From contig URCS01000001.1 of assembly GCA_900546455.1 (NCBI GenBank), forward strand, positions 3,040 through 67,039: a stretch of 64,000 nt of DNA, given 5' to 3'. Of the stretch, positions 1 through 9,371 are shown one piece after another; position 1 is the first letter of the stretch; each line of letters begins with the position of its first letter. The notes beneath the pieces are model-generated. The model did no database searches, was not told the origin of the DNA, and was given only the letters and a program-made list of their open reading frames with translations. Made by a program: the position numbers and the translations under genes. Origin of the DNA: an uncultured Collinsella sp. Lineage in GTDB: Bacteria; Actinomycetota; Coriobacteriia; Coriobacteriales; Coriobacteriaceae.

Positions 1-439
1 GCAGCTTAAAGACATATGCCGCCACAAGTAGATCCATATGCGCCGTGTCGAGCCCGCTGCCCACCAGGGCAAGCGCTCGCTGCGTGATGGCAAAGGTAAA
101 CGGGTCCTCGGCGTCCTCGAACGAGCACACGCGCGCGACCTCGGCGATCGCGCTTGCGGCGCAGGTCGTCTCGTAATCGGGCGCAACGCCGAGCGGCGCC
201 TCCATAAGCTCGGCCTGGGAAACCACGTCGAGTGACCGTCCATGTGCGAGCAGCATATCTACCGTACAGAACAGCTCGCAGCGCGCAGCCAGGCGTCCGC
301 CGGGTTTGCGGGCGCCCTTTGCCACGGCACGAACCTGCCGCCCCCGCTCGTCAAGCATCGTCAAGATCAGGTCGGTCTCTTTGAGCTTAGTCTTATCGAG
401 CACGAGCACTTTCGTGCGATATGTCCGGGAGCCTGCCAT
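1..439 (-). CDS. recO: DNA repair protein RecO, N-terminal part (gene runs off the window start)
   Basis: Not in the ORF track. My own translation of the minus strand from the ATG at 439-437 gives MAGSRTYRTKVLVLDKTKLKETDLILTMLDERGRQVRAVAKGARKPGGRLAARCELF..., which is RecO-like. It lies about 15 nt downstream of the era stop, matching the classic era-recO order. Confidence 0.75.
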   Translation of the reverse strand, partial: MAGSRTYRTKVLVLDKTKLKETDLILTMLDERGRQVRAVAKGARKPGGRLAARCELFCTVDMLLAHGRSLDVVSQAELMEAPLGVAPDYETTCAASAIAEVARVCSFEDAEDPFTFAITQRALALVGSGLDTAHMDLLVAAYVFKL

Positions 440-454
440 GCGCGCCGCGCGTCC

Positions 455-1522
455 TTAGTCCTCGGCGTTATAGCCAAAGCGGCGAATCTGGGCCTCGTCG
501 TCACGCCAGCCGGCCTTGACCTTCACGTCCAACTCCAAAAAGACCTGCGTGCCAAAAATGCGCTCAAGATCGCGACGGGCGTCGATACCGATATGCTTGA
601 TCATCTCGCCGCCCTTGCCGATGATGATGCCCTTTTGGCCCTCGCGCTCGACGTAAATGGTGGCGTGCACGCGCAGCACCTTCTTGGTCTGCTCGAGCGC
701 ATCGCAGATCACGCCAACGGAGTGCGGGATCTCATCACGGGTGCGGCGCAAGACCTTCTCGCGCACAAACTCGGCAACGAGCGTCTCATCGGAAGCGTCG
801 GTACCCATGTCCTCGGGGAACCAACGCGGACCCTCGGGCAAAAAGTGCGCAACGGTCTCGATAAAGGCATCGACGTTGAAGTTCTTAACCGACGACGTCA
901 CAATCTCGTCGTCATATTCCATAAGCTCGTGGGCAGCCTTAAGCTGCTCCATGACCTGTGCGGGGTCGGCCTCATCGGCCTTGGTGAGCACCAGGACCTT
1001 CTTGCAACGAGCGCATCTGACGCACTCGGCAACCCAGGCGTCTCCCCTGCCGATCGGCTTGGTGGCATCAATCAAAAACGCGACGACGTCGACATCGTTC
1101 AACTCGAACAGTGCGCTCTTGTTGAGCTCGGACCCCAGGCCGTCCTTGGGCTTATGAATACCCGGGGTATCGACAAAGACCAGCTGGTAGCCGGGACGGT
1201 TGACGACGGCGCGCATGCGGCGGCGGGTCGTCTGTGCCACCGGCGAGGTGATGGCGACCTTTTTGCCATAGCAGGCATTAAGCAGCGTGGACTTGCCGGC
1301 GTTGGGACGACCGACCAGGGCCACGAAGCCGCTGCGGAAACCGGGTTCCACGTCACCAAAGCCCATAGGACCGTCGTCCTCGTCGCACAGGGAGTCGAGT
1401 TCCTCGTCGCTCATGCCCTCAAACGGGTCGAACTCCTCGACATCCTCGAGCTCCTCGGTATCCACCGCGTCAAGGACCTCGTCATCCAAAACTTCATCGG
1501 TAGGCTGCATATTGTCGGACAT
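455..1522 (-). CDS. era: GTPase Era
   Basis: 355-aa ORF with G1 GRPNAGKST, DTPG and a KH-type C-terminus. An AAGGGGA RBS sits 5 nt upstream of the ATG at 1522. It carries a roughly 60-aa acidic N-terminal extension. Confidence 0.95.
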   Translation of the reverse strand: MSDNMQPTDEVLDDEVLDAVDTEELEDVEEFDPFEGMSDEELDSLCDEDDGPMGFGDVEPGFRSGFVALVGRPNAGKSTLLNACYGKKVAITSPVAQTTRRRMRAVVNRPGYQLVFVDTPGIHKPKDGLGSELNKSALFELNDVDVVAFLIDATKPIGRGDAWVAECVRCARCKKVLVLTKADEADPAQVMEQLKAAHELMEYDDEIVTSSVKNFNVDAFIETVAHFLPEGPRWFPEDMGTDASDETLVAEFVREKVLRRTRDEIPHSVGVICDALEQTKKVLRVHATIYVEREGQKGIIIGKGGEMIKHIGIDARRDLERIFGTQVFLELDVKVKAGWRDDEAQIRRFGYNAED

Positions 1523-1534
1523 GGGAATCCCCTT

Positions 1535-1912
1535 CTAAATAAAGCCGAGCGCGTGGGCAAATACCAGCACGCCCACAATCGCGGCGGTGATGGAAAGTAT
1601 GTATACGGAAGCGGCGGCGATGTCCTTCGCACGCTTGGCCAGCGGATGGAGCTCCTGGGTCGCCAGGTCGACGATGGCCTCCATAGCGGTGTTGCACAGC
1701 TCGCCGTGAATCACCAGGCCGCAACAGATGATAATCGTGGCCCACTCGGCAATGTCGAGCCCCACGACGCAGCCGGCAATGACGGTGCACACGCCCGCAA
1801 CGAGCATGATCTTAATGTTGCGCTCGGTCTTGACGGCGGTGACGAAGCCCTCCATGGCGTAGGAAAACGACTTTAAAAAGGACGGATGGTCCTTGTTCGA
1901 TCCGGGAATCAT
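1535..1912 (-). CDS. dgkA: Diacylglycerol/undecaprenol kinase family membrane protein
   Basis: 125 aa with a three-TM DgkA-like pattern (SFSYAMEGF..., ELCNTAMEAIVD). It sits between ybeY and era, as in many Gram-positives. Confidence 0.8.
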   Translation of the reverse strand: MIPGSNKDHPSFLKSFSYAMEGFVTAVKTERNIKIMLVAGVCTVIAGCVVGLDIAEWATIIICCGLVIHGELCNTAMEAIVDLATQELHPLAKRAKDIAAASVYILSITAAIVGVLVFAHALGFI

Positions 1913-1921
1913 AGACGGCTC

Positions 1922-2431
1922 CTAGTCGTGGGCGTGGTTGGTGATGGGGCCGACGTGGACTAGCTTAGGGTCCTCGCCGCGCTCGAGCGCCAGATCGCGC
2001 AGGATGGCGTCCTCGCGGGCCTCCATGACCTCGGCCTCGTCGTCCTCGATGTGGTCATAGCCCAGCAGGTGCAGCATTCCGTGTACGAGCATCAGACGGC
2101 ACTCGTCAGCGGGGCTATTGCCAAAACCGGGGGCCTGACGGGCAATAACCTGCGGGGCCAAGATAATATCGCCGAGCTCGAGCGTCTCATCGGCGGGAAT
2201 GTCATCGTCAAAGGCCGAATCGCACTCAAACGAGAGCACATCGGTGGTGCGGTCGATACCGCGCCACTCGTGGTTGAGCTCGTGCATCTCGTCCTCGTCG
2301 ACATACGAAAGGGAAATCTCGACTCCACGTTCAACGCCCTCGGCGGCAAGCACAACCTCGCAGATGTGCTCCACCTCCTGCGCGTCGAGCAGCGTATCGA
2401 GCTCGGCATCGTTGCTGATCAATACACTCAA
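1922..2431 (-). CDS. ybeY: rRNA maturation endoribonuclease YbeY
   Basis: HGMLHLLGYDH zinc-binding motif. 4-nt overlap with the phoH stop. Confidence 0.95.
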   Translation of the reverse strand: MSVLISNDAELDTLLDAQEVEHICEVVLAAEGVERGVEISLSYVDEDEMHELNHEWRGIDRTTDVLSFECDSAFDDDIPADETLELGDIILAPQVIARQAPGFGNSPADECRLMLVHGMLHLLGYDHIEDDEAEVMEAREDAILRDLALERGEDPKLVHVGPITNHAHD

Positions 2432-3414
2432 CGGGACTCCTTTCGGTCGCGCGGGCGCTGCTCGCGCACGTCATCATAAGCTTCATATGCCTCGACGATA
2501 CGACCCACCAGGGCATGGCGCACCACGTCGGCACGCTCGAGGTGAGAAAATGCGACATCGTCGACACGGCCCAAAATCTGCTCAACGTCAGCAAGACCGC
2601 CACGACGACCCACCAGGTCGCGCTGGCTCAGGTCGCCGGTAATCACGAACTTGGAGTTGAACCCAAGGCGTGTCAGGAACATCTTCATCTGCTCGGGCGT
2701 GGTATTTTGCGCCTCGTCGAGCACCACGAAGGCATCACTCAGCGTGCGGCCGCGCATGTAGGCAAGCGGGGCGATCTCGATCACGCCACGCTCCATAAGC
2801 TCATCGGTGCGCTCGCGATCCATCATGTCAAAAAGGGCGTCGTAGAGCGGACGCATGTAGGGGTCGATCTTTTCCTCAAGGGTACCGGGCAAAAAGCCCA
2901 GATTCTCCCCCGCCTCGACAACCGGACGCGTCAAGATCAAACGGCCCACCTCGTGACGCTTGAGCGCGGCAACGGCGAGCGCCATGGCCAGATAGGTCTT
3001 ACCGGTACCGGCTGGACCCAAGCCAAAGGTGATGGTATGCGAGCGAATGGCATCCACGTAGCGCTTTTGCCCGAGCGTCTTGGGACGAATGACGCGGCCG
3101 CGATACGAAAGCAGCACGTCATCGCGAAGCGACGTAGCCTCGTGCTCACCGTCGCGCAAGACGGCCAGGCAGCGAGAGACATCGTCGGCAGACAGCGTGC
3201 GCCCGGCGGCCGCCTCGCGAAAAGCATGTTCGAAAAAACGCGCCACGAGTTCGACCTCATCCGGGTCACCGCTCACGGCGATGCTATCGCCACGGGCGAC
3301 CACATGGGCGCGAACCAAGCTCTCGAGCGCACGAAGGACGCCGTCGCCGGCGCCCAAAACGCACGAGGGATCAATTCCCTCGGGAACGGTAAGTCTAATC
3401 TTCGAGGCTTCCAT
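2428..3414 (-). CDS. phoH: PhoH-like ATPase
   Basis: Walker A GPAGTGKTYLAMA and PhoH family layout. I moved the start to the ATG at 3414 (GGGAGG RBS). The longer ORF to 3519 would overlap the upstream gene by 125 nt. Confidence 0.9.
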   Translation of the reverse strand: MEASKIRLTVPEGIDPSCVLGAGDGVLRALESLVRAHVVARGDSIAVSGDPDEVELVARFFEHAFREAAAGRTLSADDVSRCLAVLRDGEHEATSLRDDVLLSYRGRVIRPKTLGQKRYVDAIRSHTITFGLGPAGTGKTYLAMALAVAALKRHEVGRLILTRPVVEAGENLGFLPGTLEEKIDPYMRPLYDALFDMMDRERTDELMERGVIEIAPLAYMRGRTLSDAFVVLDEAQNTTPEQMKMFLTRLGFNSKFVITGDLSQRDLVGRRGGLADVEQILGRVDDVAFSHLERADVVRHALVGRIVEAYEAYDDVREQRPRDRKESR

Positions 3415-4687
3415 GAACCTCCCTGCGCGCATGGACCAAGCCGGAATCATCGACTCCGATGATAGCAACATCGAGCAGGCACGGGGCTGTAAGTCCACAG
3501 GTATCGTCAAGACGGGCATGATGGAACGAACCGAGCGTCAGGTTGTCGCCGTACTCGAGGACGGCACGCTCGACGGTGCCCACGCGACGACGAGCGTCGG
3601 CAATGGCGAGTTCCTGCGCCGCGGCTCGCATACGACGGCTGCGCTCGGCCATAACCTCGGGCGGCACCTGGTCGGGCATATCGGCAGCAAGGGTACCGGG
3701 ACGCTTGCTATAGCGGAACACGTGCATACGCGAGAAACCCACACGACGGCACAGCGCCAGCGACTCCTCGAACTCCTCGTCCGTCTCACCAGGAAAACCG
3801 ACGATGACATCGCACGAAAGAGACGCCTGGGGCAAGTTGGCGCGAATCATACGCACCGTGTCCTCAAAGGTCTCGGCGCTATAGGGGCGGCCCATGCGAT
3901 GCAGGGTCGCCGTGCAGCCGGACTGCACGGGCAGGTGCAAAAACGGGGCGATACGCTGCGGATAGCGCGCCATCACCTTAAGCAGGCGCTCAGAGATATC
4001 CATGGGCTCGACCGAGGAAATGCGCACATGCGGAATAGACGTGCGCTCCATGATGGCCTCAAGCAGCTCATCGATTTCGACATGCTCGTCGGTCGCGCTC
4101 TTGCCATCGTAGGCACCCAGGTTCACACCGGTCAGCACCACCTCGGGCACGCCGGCCTCCTGGGCCTCACGAACTTGCTCGAGCACGGACTCGACGGGCA
4201 CGGAGCGCTCGGGGCCGCGTGCCTTCCACACAATGCAATAGGTGCAGCGATGGTTGCAGCCGTCCTGAATCTTCACGCCCAGGCGAGAGCGACCGAGCGC
4301 ATCGACCACCTCGCCATCGCTGCAGGCGGGGACGCTATCGGACTCAACGCCCAGCAGCTCGCAGACACGTTCGGCGACATCGATCTTGGACGGCTCGGCG
4401 ATCACGCGATCCGAAAGCTCCAGCAGCTCCTCGGGATGCAAATTGACCACGCATCCGGTCACGACCACATAGGGCTCATTTTGATGGGCCAGTGCATGGC
4501 GAACGGCCTTACGGGTCTTGGCCTCGGCCTCGCCCGTAACAGCACAGGTGTTAATGACGATCAGATCGGCATCCTGGGGCTCCACCATAGCAAAGCCCAG
4601 GCGCATAAGATCGGCAGTGATACGGTCAGACTCAACCCGATTGACACGGCATCCGAGGTTGACGACGGAAATATGGGGTGCGAGCAC
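3395..4687 (-). CDS. mtaB: Radical SAM tRNA methylthiotransferase, MiaB/MtaB family
   Basis: N-terminal MTTase domain (VVNLGCRVN) and radical SAM CNHRCTYC. Its position downstream of dnaJ resembles Bacillus yqeV/mtaB. The subfamily assignment is an inference. Confidence 0.8.
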   Translation of the reverse strand: MLAPHISVVNLGCRVNRVESDRITADLMRLGFAMVEPQDADLIVINTCAVTGEAEAKTRKAVRHALAHQNEPYVVVTGCVVNLHPEELLELSDRVIAEPSKIDVAERVCELLGVESDSVPACSDGEVVDALGRSRLGVKIQDGCNHRCTYCIVWKARGPERSVPVESVLEQVREAQEAGVPEVVLTGVNLGAYDGKSATDEHVEIDELLEAIMERTSIPHVRISSVEPMDISERLLKVMARYPQRIAPFLHLPVQSGCTATLHRMGRPYSAETFEDTVRMIRANLPQASLSCDVIVGFPGETDEEFEESLALCRRVGFSRMHVFRYSKRPGTLAADMPDQVPPEVMAERSRRMRAAAQELAIADARRRVGTVERAVLEYGDNLTLGSFHHARLDDTCGLTAPCLLDVAIIGVDDSGLVHARREVHGSLED

Positions 4688-4696
4688 GCGGGCTCC

Positions 4697-5845
4697 TTAA
4701 TCGAGGATATCGTCGAGGGCACTCTTGATACGGTCGGTCACCGACTTCTTACCGGAAGCGACGTCATCGCCCATCTCATCGGCAAAAGCACGGAGCAGCT
4801 CGCGCTGCTTATTGGAAAGATTGGTGGGAACGACCACGCGCAGTTGCACGATCAGGCGGCCACGCGAACCGCCACCACCAATGCGCGGCATGCCGTAATT
4901 ATTGACGCTCACGGTGTCGCCGTACTGGGCACCGGCGGGAACCGTCACCTTAACGACCTCGTCGGGCATAATGCCCTCGACCTCGATCTCGCAGCCGAGC
5001 GCAGCCTGCGCAATCGAGATATCGCTCACCAGGTACAGGTCGTCACCGTTGCGCTTAAAGCGCTCATGGTCGGCAACGCGCACGTTGACAATCAGGTCGC
5101 CCGAAGGCTCGCCGCGAAGGCCGGCCTCGCCAAAGCCGCTCACACGCAGCTGGCGACCGGTCGAAACGCCGGCGGGAATATCGATGTCGATCTTTTCATG
5201 CGAAGGCGTGCGGCCCTGGCCGTCACAGGTCTCGCAGGGATGATCGATGACCGTGCCCTCGCCGTGGCAGTCGGGGCAAGGCGAAGAGGACTGGACCTGG
5301 CCCAAAAAAGAGCGCTGGACCGTGGTGACATAGCCCGTGCCGTGGCAGCGGCTGCACTGTTTTTCGGTCGCACCGTCAGCCTTGCCCGTACCGTTGCAAT
5401 CCTCGCAGGGAGCAAGGCGGTCATAGCTGATCGTCTTTTTGCAGCCGAGCGCCGCCTCCTCGAGCGTCACCGAAAGCGAGATGGCCATATCACGTCCGCG
5501 ACGACGCTCACGACGGCTGCGGGCGCCACCGCCGGCACCGCCGCCAAAGAACGACGAGAACAAGTCGTCCATGCCCATGCCACCAAAGATATCGTTGATA
5601 TCGACGTAGCCGGAGCCACCGGGGCCGTCGGCAGTGCCGTAACGGTCGTAGTTAGCACGCTTCTGCTCATCGGAAAGAACGGAATATGCCTCGTTGAGCT
5701 CTTTGAACTTAGCCTCGGCCTCGGGGTCGTCCGAAACGTCCGGGTGTACGGTACGGGCCTTCTTTAGAAACGCGCGCTTAATCGTCCGCGCGTCGGCATC
5801 CTTGTCGACGCCAAGCACCTCGTAGTAATCCCTATTTTCCGACAC
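4697..5845 (-). CDS. dnaJ: Chaperone DnaJ
   Basis: J domain (DYYEVLGV...HPD), Gly-rich linker, four CxxCxG zinc-finger repeats and a full C-terminal domain. Start set to the GTG at 5845 behind GGAAGGA; the ORF track start at 5911 is less likely. Confidence 0.9.
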   Translation of the reverse strand: MSENRDYYEVLGVDKDADARTIKRAFLKKARTVHPDVSDDPEAEAKFKELNEAYSVLSDEQKRANYDRYGTADGPGGSGYVDINDIFGGMGMDDLFSSFFGGGAGGGARSRRERRRGRDMAISLSVTLEEAALGCKKTISYDRLAPCEDCNGTGKADGATEKQCSRCHGTGYVTTVQRSFLGQVQSSSPCPDCHGEGTVIDHPCETCDGQGRTPSHEKIDIDIPAGVSTGRQLRVSGFGEAGLRGEPSGDLIVNVRVADHERFKRNGDDLYLVSDISIAQAALGCEIEVEGIMPDEVVKVTVPAGAQYGDTVSVNNYGMPRIGGGGSRGRLIVQLRVVVPTNLSNKQRELLRAFADEMGDDVASGKKSVTDRIKSALDDILD

Positions 5846-5926
5846 GACCGAATCCTTCCGACTTTCATTATTGTCACAGTGCGTCCTATACCCAAGCTGG
5901 GCCGGCCGCAAACAGAGGGTTTGATG

Positions 5927-7030
5927 TTATTGCATTGCGTAGGGCGAAAGCATGGCACGTTGCGAGCAGCTCGCAAACCAAACCGACACGAGCGCAAACA
6001 TAAATCCGTTGGCAAAACCGTTGGCAAACTGCATCGCGCCGCGCTTCCACCACAGCAGGCTGCGGTGCAGCACGCCGTCCGAGAGCACCATGAACAGGCC
6101 CATGGCAAACGGAATAAAGCACATCACGGCAAAGGCCGAGAACACGCCCGAGATGGCCGATAGCACCAAAAACGGCGCCACGATGCCCATCAGGTAAAAA
6201 CCGGTACGGGCCTTGCCTTCCAGGCGCTCGGCCTCAACATGGGCCCGACCGACCAGATCACCGCCAGAGGCGCCGTTGGTGCCGGCGTGACCCATGCCGC
6301 CAATACGGACCTCGTCGCCATCGTGCGTGCCGGCGGGAAACTCAATCGTCTGCTCGGAGGTCACACGGGTTCGCCCGCTGCCGCCGCAATCGGGACAGGG
6401 GTCGGCGACGACCTTACCGGAGCCACCGCACTCAGGGCAGACAGACTGGAACGTGCCGGCACCAAACAGAAAGGACAGGTCGACATCGATGTGGCCGCGA
6501 CCGCCGCAGCTCGGACAGGTATGTGCATGCTCGGACGAAACAGAGCCCGAACCGCCGCAGTGACCACAGGTATCGAAGCGCGTATAGCGGACGGTCTTGC
6601 GGGCACCGCCCTTGGCCTCCTTGGCGTCGAGCTTAATATCGACGACCACGTTGGCGCCGTTCTCGGGATTATAGGCAGCCTGCCCGCGACGCGGCTGACC
6701 CCAGGCGCCACCAAAGGGAAAGCCGCCCTCAAAGGGATTGCCGTAGCCCGCGCTGCCGGCGTAACCGCCGCCATAGGGCGAAGCCGTGGGAGCGCCGGCA
6801 AAGGGATTGCCCGAGCGCATGGCGTCGTAGCGCGCACGCTTCTGCTCGTCCGAAAGCACAGCATAGGCCTCGGAAACCTCTTTGAACTTTTCCTCGGCAT
6901 CCGGTTCTTTGTTGACGTCCGGATGGAGCTTGCGGGCCTTTTGCTGGAAGGCTTTCTGTATATCACGCGAGGTGGCGTCCTTGGAGACACCCAAAATCTC
7001 GTAGTAATCTTTTTCGTTCATCGTCGCCAT
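5927..7030 (-). CDS. DnaJ-domain protein with zinc finger and C-terminal transmembrane region
   Basis: J domain (DYYEILGV...HPD) and [32 protein letters not shown] repeats. The tail is hydrophobic ([39 protein letters not shown]...). The ATG at 7030 follows AGGAGG. Confidence 0.8.
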   Translation of the reverse strand: MATMNEKDYYEILGVSKDATSRDIQKAFQQKARKLHPDVNKEPDAEEKFKEVSEAYAVLSDEQKRARYDAMRSGNPFAGAPTASPYGGGYAGSAGYGNPFEGGFPFGGAWGQPRRGQAAYNPENGANVVVDIKLDAKEAKGGARKTVRYTRFDTCGHCGGSGSVSSEHAHTCPSCGGRGHIDVDLSFLFGAGTFQSVCPECGGSGKVVADPCPDCGGSGRTRVTSEQTIEFPAGTHDGDEVRIGGMGHAGTNGASGGDLVGRAHVEAERLEGKARTGFYLMGIVAPFLVLSAISGVFSAFAVMCFIPFAMGLFMVLSDGVLHRSLLWWKRGAMQFANGFANGFMFALVSVWFASCSQRAMLSPYAMQ

Positions 7031-7088
7031 GCGCGGCAACCTCCTGCTCACAGCAGCGTATATATTGCGGTAATTCTACCCGAGCGGC

Positions 7089-8321
7089 CTAGGCTAGACC
7101 CCAAAACAGCTCGAACAGCACATTTCCATCGAGCCAGCCCAAGTGAGTGGGCGCTAAACGAGCACGGACGCGACCTGCGATAACGTCTTTCGAGGTGACG
7201 CGCCCCGCATGTCCTTCAATATGATCGGGCACCCAGGTGGCAAGGTCCAACTCGACCGCACGGTCGCAGGCCGCCGCCAACTCATCTGCAGCGATCACGC
7301 TTGCCGAGCGAACCAACAGATCGGGCCCAATGCCACGCGTCATGCGACAGGCAAGCATCAAATCCTCGGCCGCCGCCTCGCGCTGCGACAGATACTCGGC
7401 ATCAAACGTCGTCGCGGCATCGTCGCGTTGCACCAAGCGCACGCGATACGCATCGCCGCGAGCAAGCACGTCGGGAAACAGCCCGGCCAAGCGATCGAAA
7501 TCCTCGGCGTCGAGCATACCGGCGGCAGAGCGGCCCAAACCCAGATAGCCCTGTCCGGTCCAATAGGCAATGTTGTGGGCGCACTCATGGCCGTCGAGCG
7601 CGTAGCTTGCCACCTCATACGGGTGATAGCCGGCCGCACTCAGGCGCTCACGCGCCGCATCCATGCATGCAGCCTGAAAATCCTCGTCGGGCTCGAGCGA
7701 CTCGTCGCGACACGCCACGCGATAGAGCGGCGTGCCCTCCTCGAGCGTGAGCGGGTACACCGACACATGATGCGGCGCCGCCGCCAACACGCCATCGAGT
7801 GTGCGCTGCCAGCTTAGGTCGGTCTGCCCGGGAAGGCCGCACATCAGGTCGCACGACACGACAAGCCCAGCGTCCTTGACCGTCGTGATGGCAGCGAGCG
7901 CCCGATCGGCATCGTGAATGCGGCCGATGGCGGTAAGTTCGGCGTTATCGAGCGTTTGCACGCCCAGAGAGACGCGCGTGACACCCACCCCGGCAAGCGC
8001 AGTGGCAAGCTCTGCGGTCAGCGATTCGGGATTGGCCTCGCAGGTAAACTCAACAGGCTTGCACCACGCAGAGATACGCCGGGCAAATTCTACCAAACGC
8101 TCCCCCGCCAGCGACGGCGTGCCGCCGCCAACATAGACGGTGCGGATCTGTGCAAGCGCGCCTGCGTCGCCAAAAGCATCGAGGCGCGCATACAACTGCT
8201 CAAAATAGGTATCGAGCGCAACGCTCATGTTGCACGGAGCAAAACTGCGTGAGTCAAAGTCACAGTACCGGCATTTTTGGGCGCAAAACGGCACATGCAC
8301 GTACAGCGCGGTAACGGCCAC
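7089..8321 (-). CDS. hemW: Radical SAM heme chaperone HemW / coproporphyrinogen III oxidase-like
   Basis: YVHVPFCAQKCRYCDF (CX3CX2C) and a HemN-like C-terminus. Located next to lepA, as in many bacteria. Confidence 0.85.
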   Translation of the reverse strand: MAVTALYVHVPFCAQKCRYCDFDSRSFAPCNMSVALDTYFEQLYARLDAFGDAGALAQIRTVYVGGGTPSLAGERLVEFARRISAWCKPVEFTCEANPESLTAELATALAGVGVTRVSLGVQTLDNAELTAIGRIHDADRALAAITTVKDAGLVVSCDLMCGLPGQTDLSWQRTLDGVLAAAPHHVSVYPLTLEEGTPLYRVACRDESLEPDEDFQAACMDAARERLSAAGYHPYEVASYALDGHECAHNIAYWTGQGYLGLGRSAAGMLDAEDFDRLAGLFPDVLARGDAYRVRLVQRDDAATTFDAEYLSQREAAAEDLMLACRMTRGIGPDLLVRSASVIAADELAAACDRAVELDLATWVPDHIEGHAGRVTSKDVIAGRVRARLAPTHLGWLDGNVLFELFWGLA

Positions 8322-8323
8322 CG

Positions 8324-9367
8324 TTAGGCCTCCAACGGATGAGCGGGCACCGACTCGCCGGCGGCAAGTGCGGCCTCACAGGCCACCACATCGTGCTCGA
8401 TATCATCGACCAGTGCCATGAACTCCTCGTATGTGGAGCAACGCACCACCTGAGCGCGCCAGGCGGCAGCATGGGGCATGCCCTTTAGATACCAGCTTGC
8501 GTACGTGCGGGCACGCGACATGAGCGGCAACAGCTCGTGCGTGAGCGTCAGGTGCTCGCGCAGGGCATCCAGGCGCTCAACCGAGGAGCGAGAAGGAACC
8601 GGCATGCCATCGAGTGCAAGGGCTCGGGCATCGTCGAACACCCATGGATTGCCGTAGATGCCGCGCGCGATAAACACCGCGCTGGCACCCGAGCTTTGCA
8701 GATGCTCAGCAGCGTCCTCTGCCGAGAACACATCGCCCGAACCGATAACGGGAATCTCGACGGCGTCGGCCACCTCATCGACGACCGACCAATCGGCCTG
8801 GCCCGTATAGAGCTGCGTGGCGCAGCGACCATGTACCGCCACCGCGGCGGCCCCTGCTCCCTCAAGCATCTGAGCAAACGTCGCGGCGTTGCGGTCTTCG
8901 GCGTAAAAGCCCTTACGGATTTTTACGGTCACGGGCACATGCGCCGCGCCCACCGCCGCCTCGACGATCTGCTCGGCCAGATCGGGAGTGCGCATAAGCG
9001 CCGAGCCCTCGCCCTTGGTGACGACCTTGCGAGCCGGGCAGGCCATGTTGATATCGATCAGCGACAGGCGATCGCCCACACGCTCCTCGACGGCAGCAAC
9101 AGCGCTCGCAAACTGATCGGGCTTGGAGCCAAAGAGCTGCACGCAGATCTGCTGCTCCTCATCGGCCGGCAGTACCAGGCGCCACGTCTTATTGCTGGCA
9201 TAGGCAAGGCCCGCCACGCTCACCATCTCGCTATAGGCAAGATGGGCACCGCGACGGCGGCACATGATGCGATAGGCAGGATCGGTCACGCCCGCCATGG
9301 GAGCCATAAGGAACGGCTGCTCGGCATAGGCGCCAAGCAACCGCTTGCTGTATTCAGAAAGTGCCAT
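8324..9367 (-). CDS. dus: tRNA-dihydrouridine synthase
   Basis: MAPMAGVTDPAYR N-terminus, Dus-family TIM barrel, and helical C-terminal domain. Confidence 0.9.
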   Translation of the reverse strand: MALSEYSKRLLGAYAEQPFLMAPMAGVTDPAYRIMCRRRGAHLAYSEMVSVAGLAYASNKTWRLVLPADEEQQICVQLFGSKPDQFASAVAAVEERVGDRLSLIDINMACPARKVVTKGEGSALMRTPDLAEQIVEAAVGAAHVPVTVKIRKGFYAEDRNAATFAQMLEGAGAAAVAVHGRCATQLYTGQADWSVVDEVADAVEIPVIGSGDVFSAEDAAEHLQSSGASAVFIARGIYGNPWVFDDARALALDGMPVPSRSSVERLDALREHLTLTHELLPLMSRARTYASWYLKGMPHAAAWRAQVVRCSTYEEFMALVDDIEHDVVACEAALAAGESVPAHPLEA

Positions 9368-9371
9368 GGAC

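Noticed and set aside
455-1522. Acidic N-terminal extension of about 60 aa on Era (MSDNMQPTDEVLDDEVLDAVDTEELEDVEEFDPFEG...).
   Set aside because: It is probably real: it has a strong RBS at 1522 and coding-like codons. Lineage-specific acidic tails on GTPases are common, and an internal ATG (1366) is an alternative start. It is not distinctive enough to flag.
242-1876. 544-aa plus-strand ORF, and similar very long ORFs: 3080..5767 (+), 25077..27722 (-), 28654..31542 (+), 43761..45332 (+), 46126..48369 (+), 49570..51576 (+).
   Set aside because: Each lies antisense to genes with unmistakable conserved motifs (era, dnaJ, adhE, proS/ispG, rnhB, ppdK and others). Their translations are low-complexity and rich in Arg, Gly, Ala, Asp, Leu and His, which is typical of stop-poor antisense frames in high-GC DNA.
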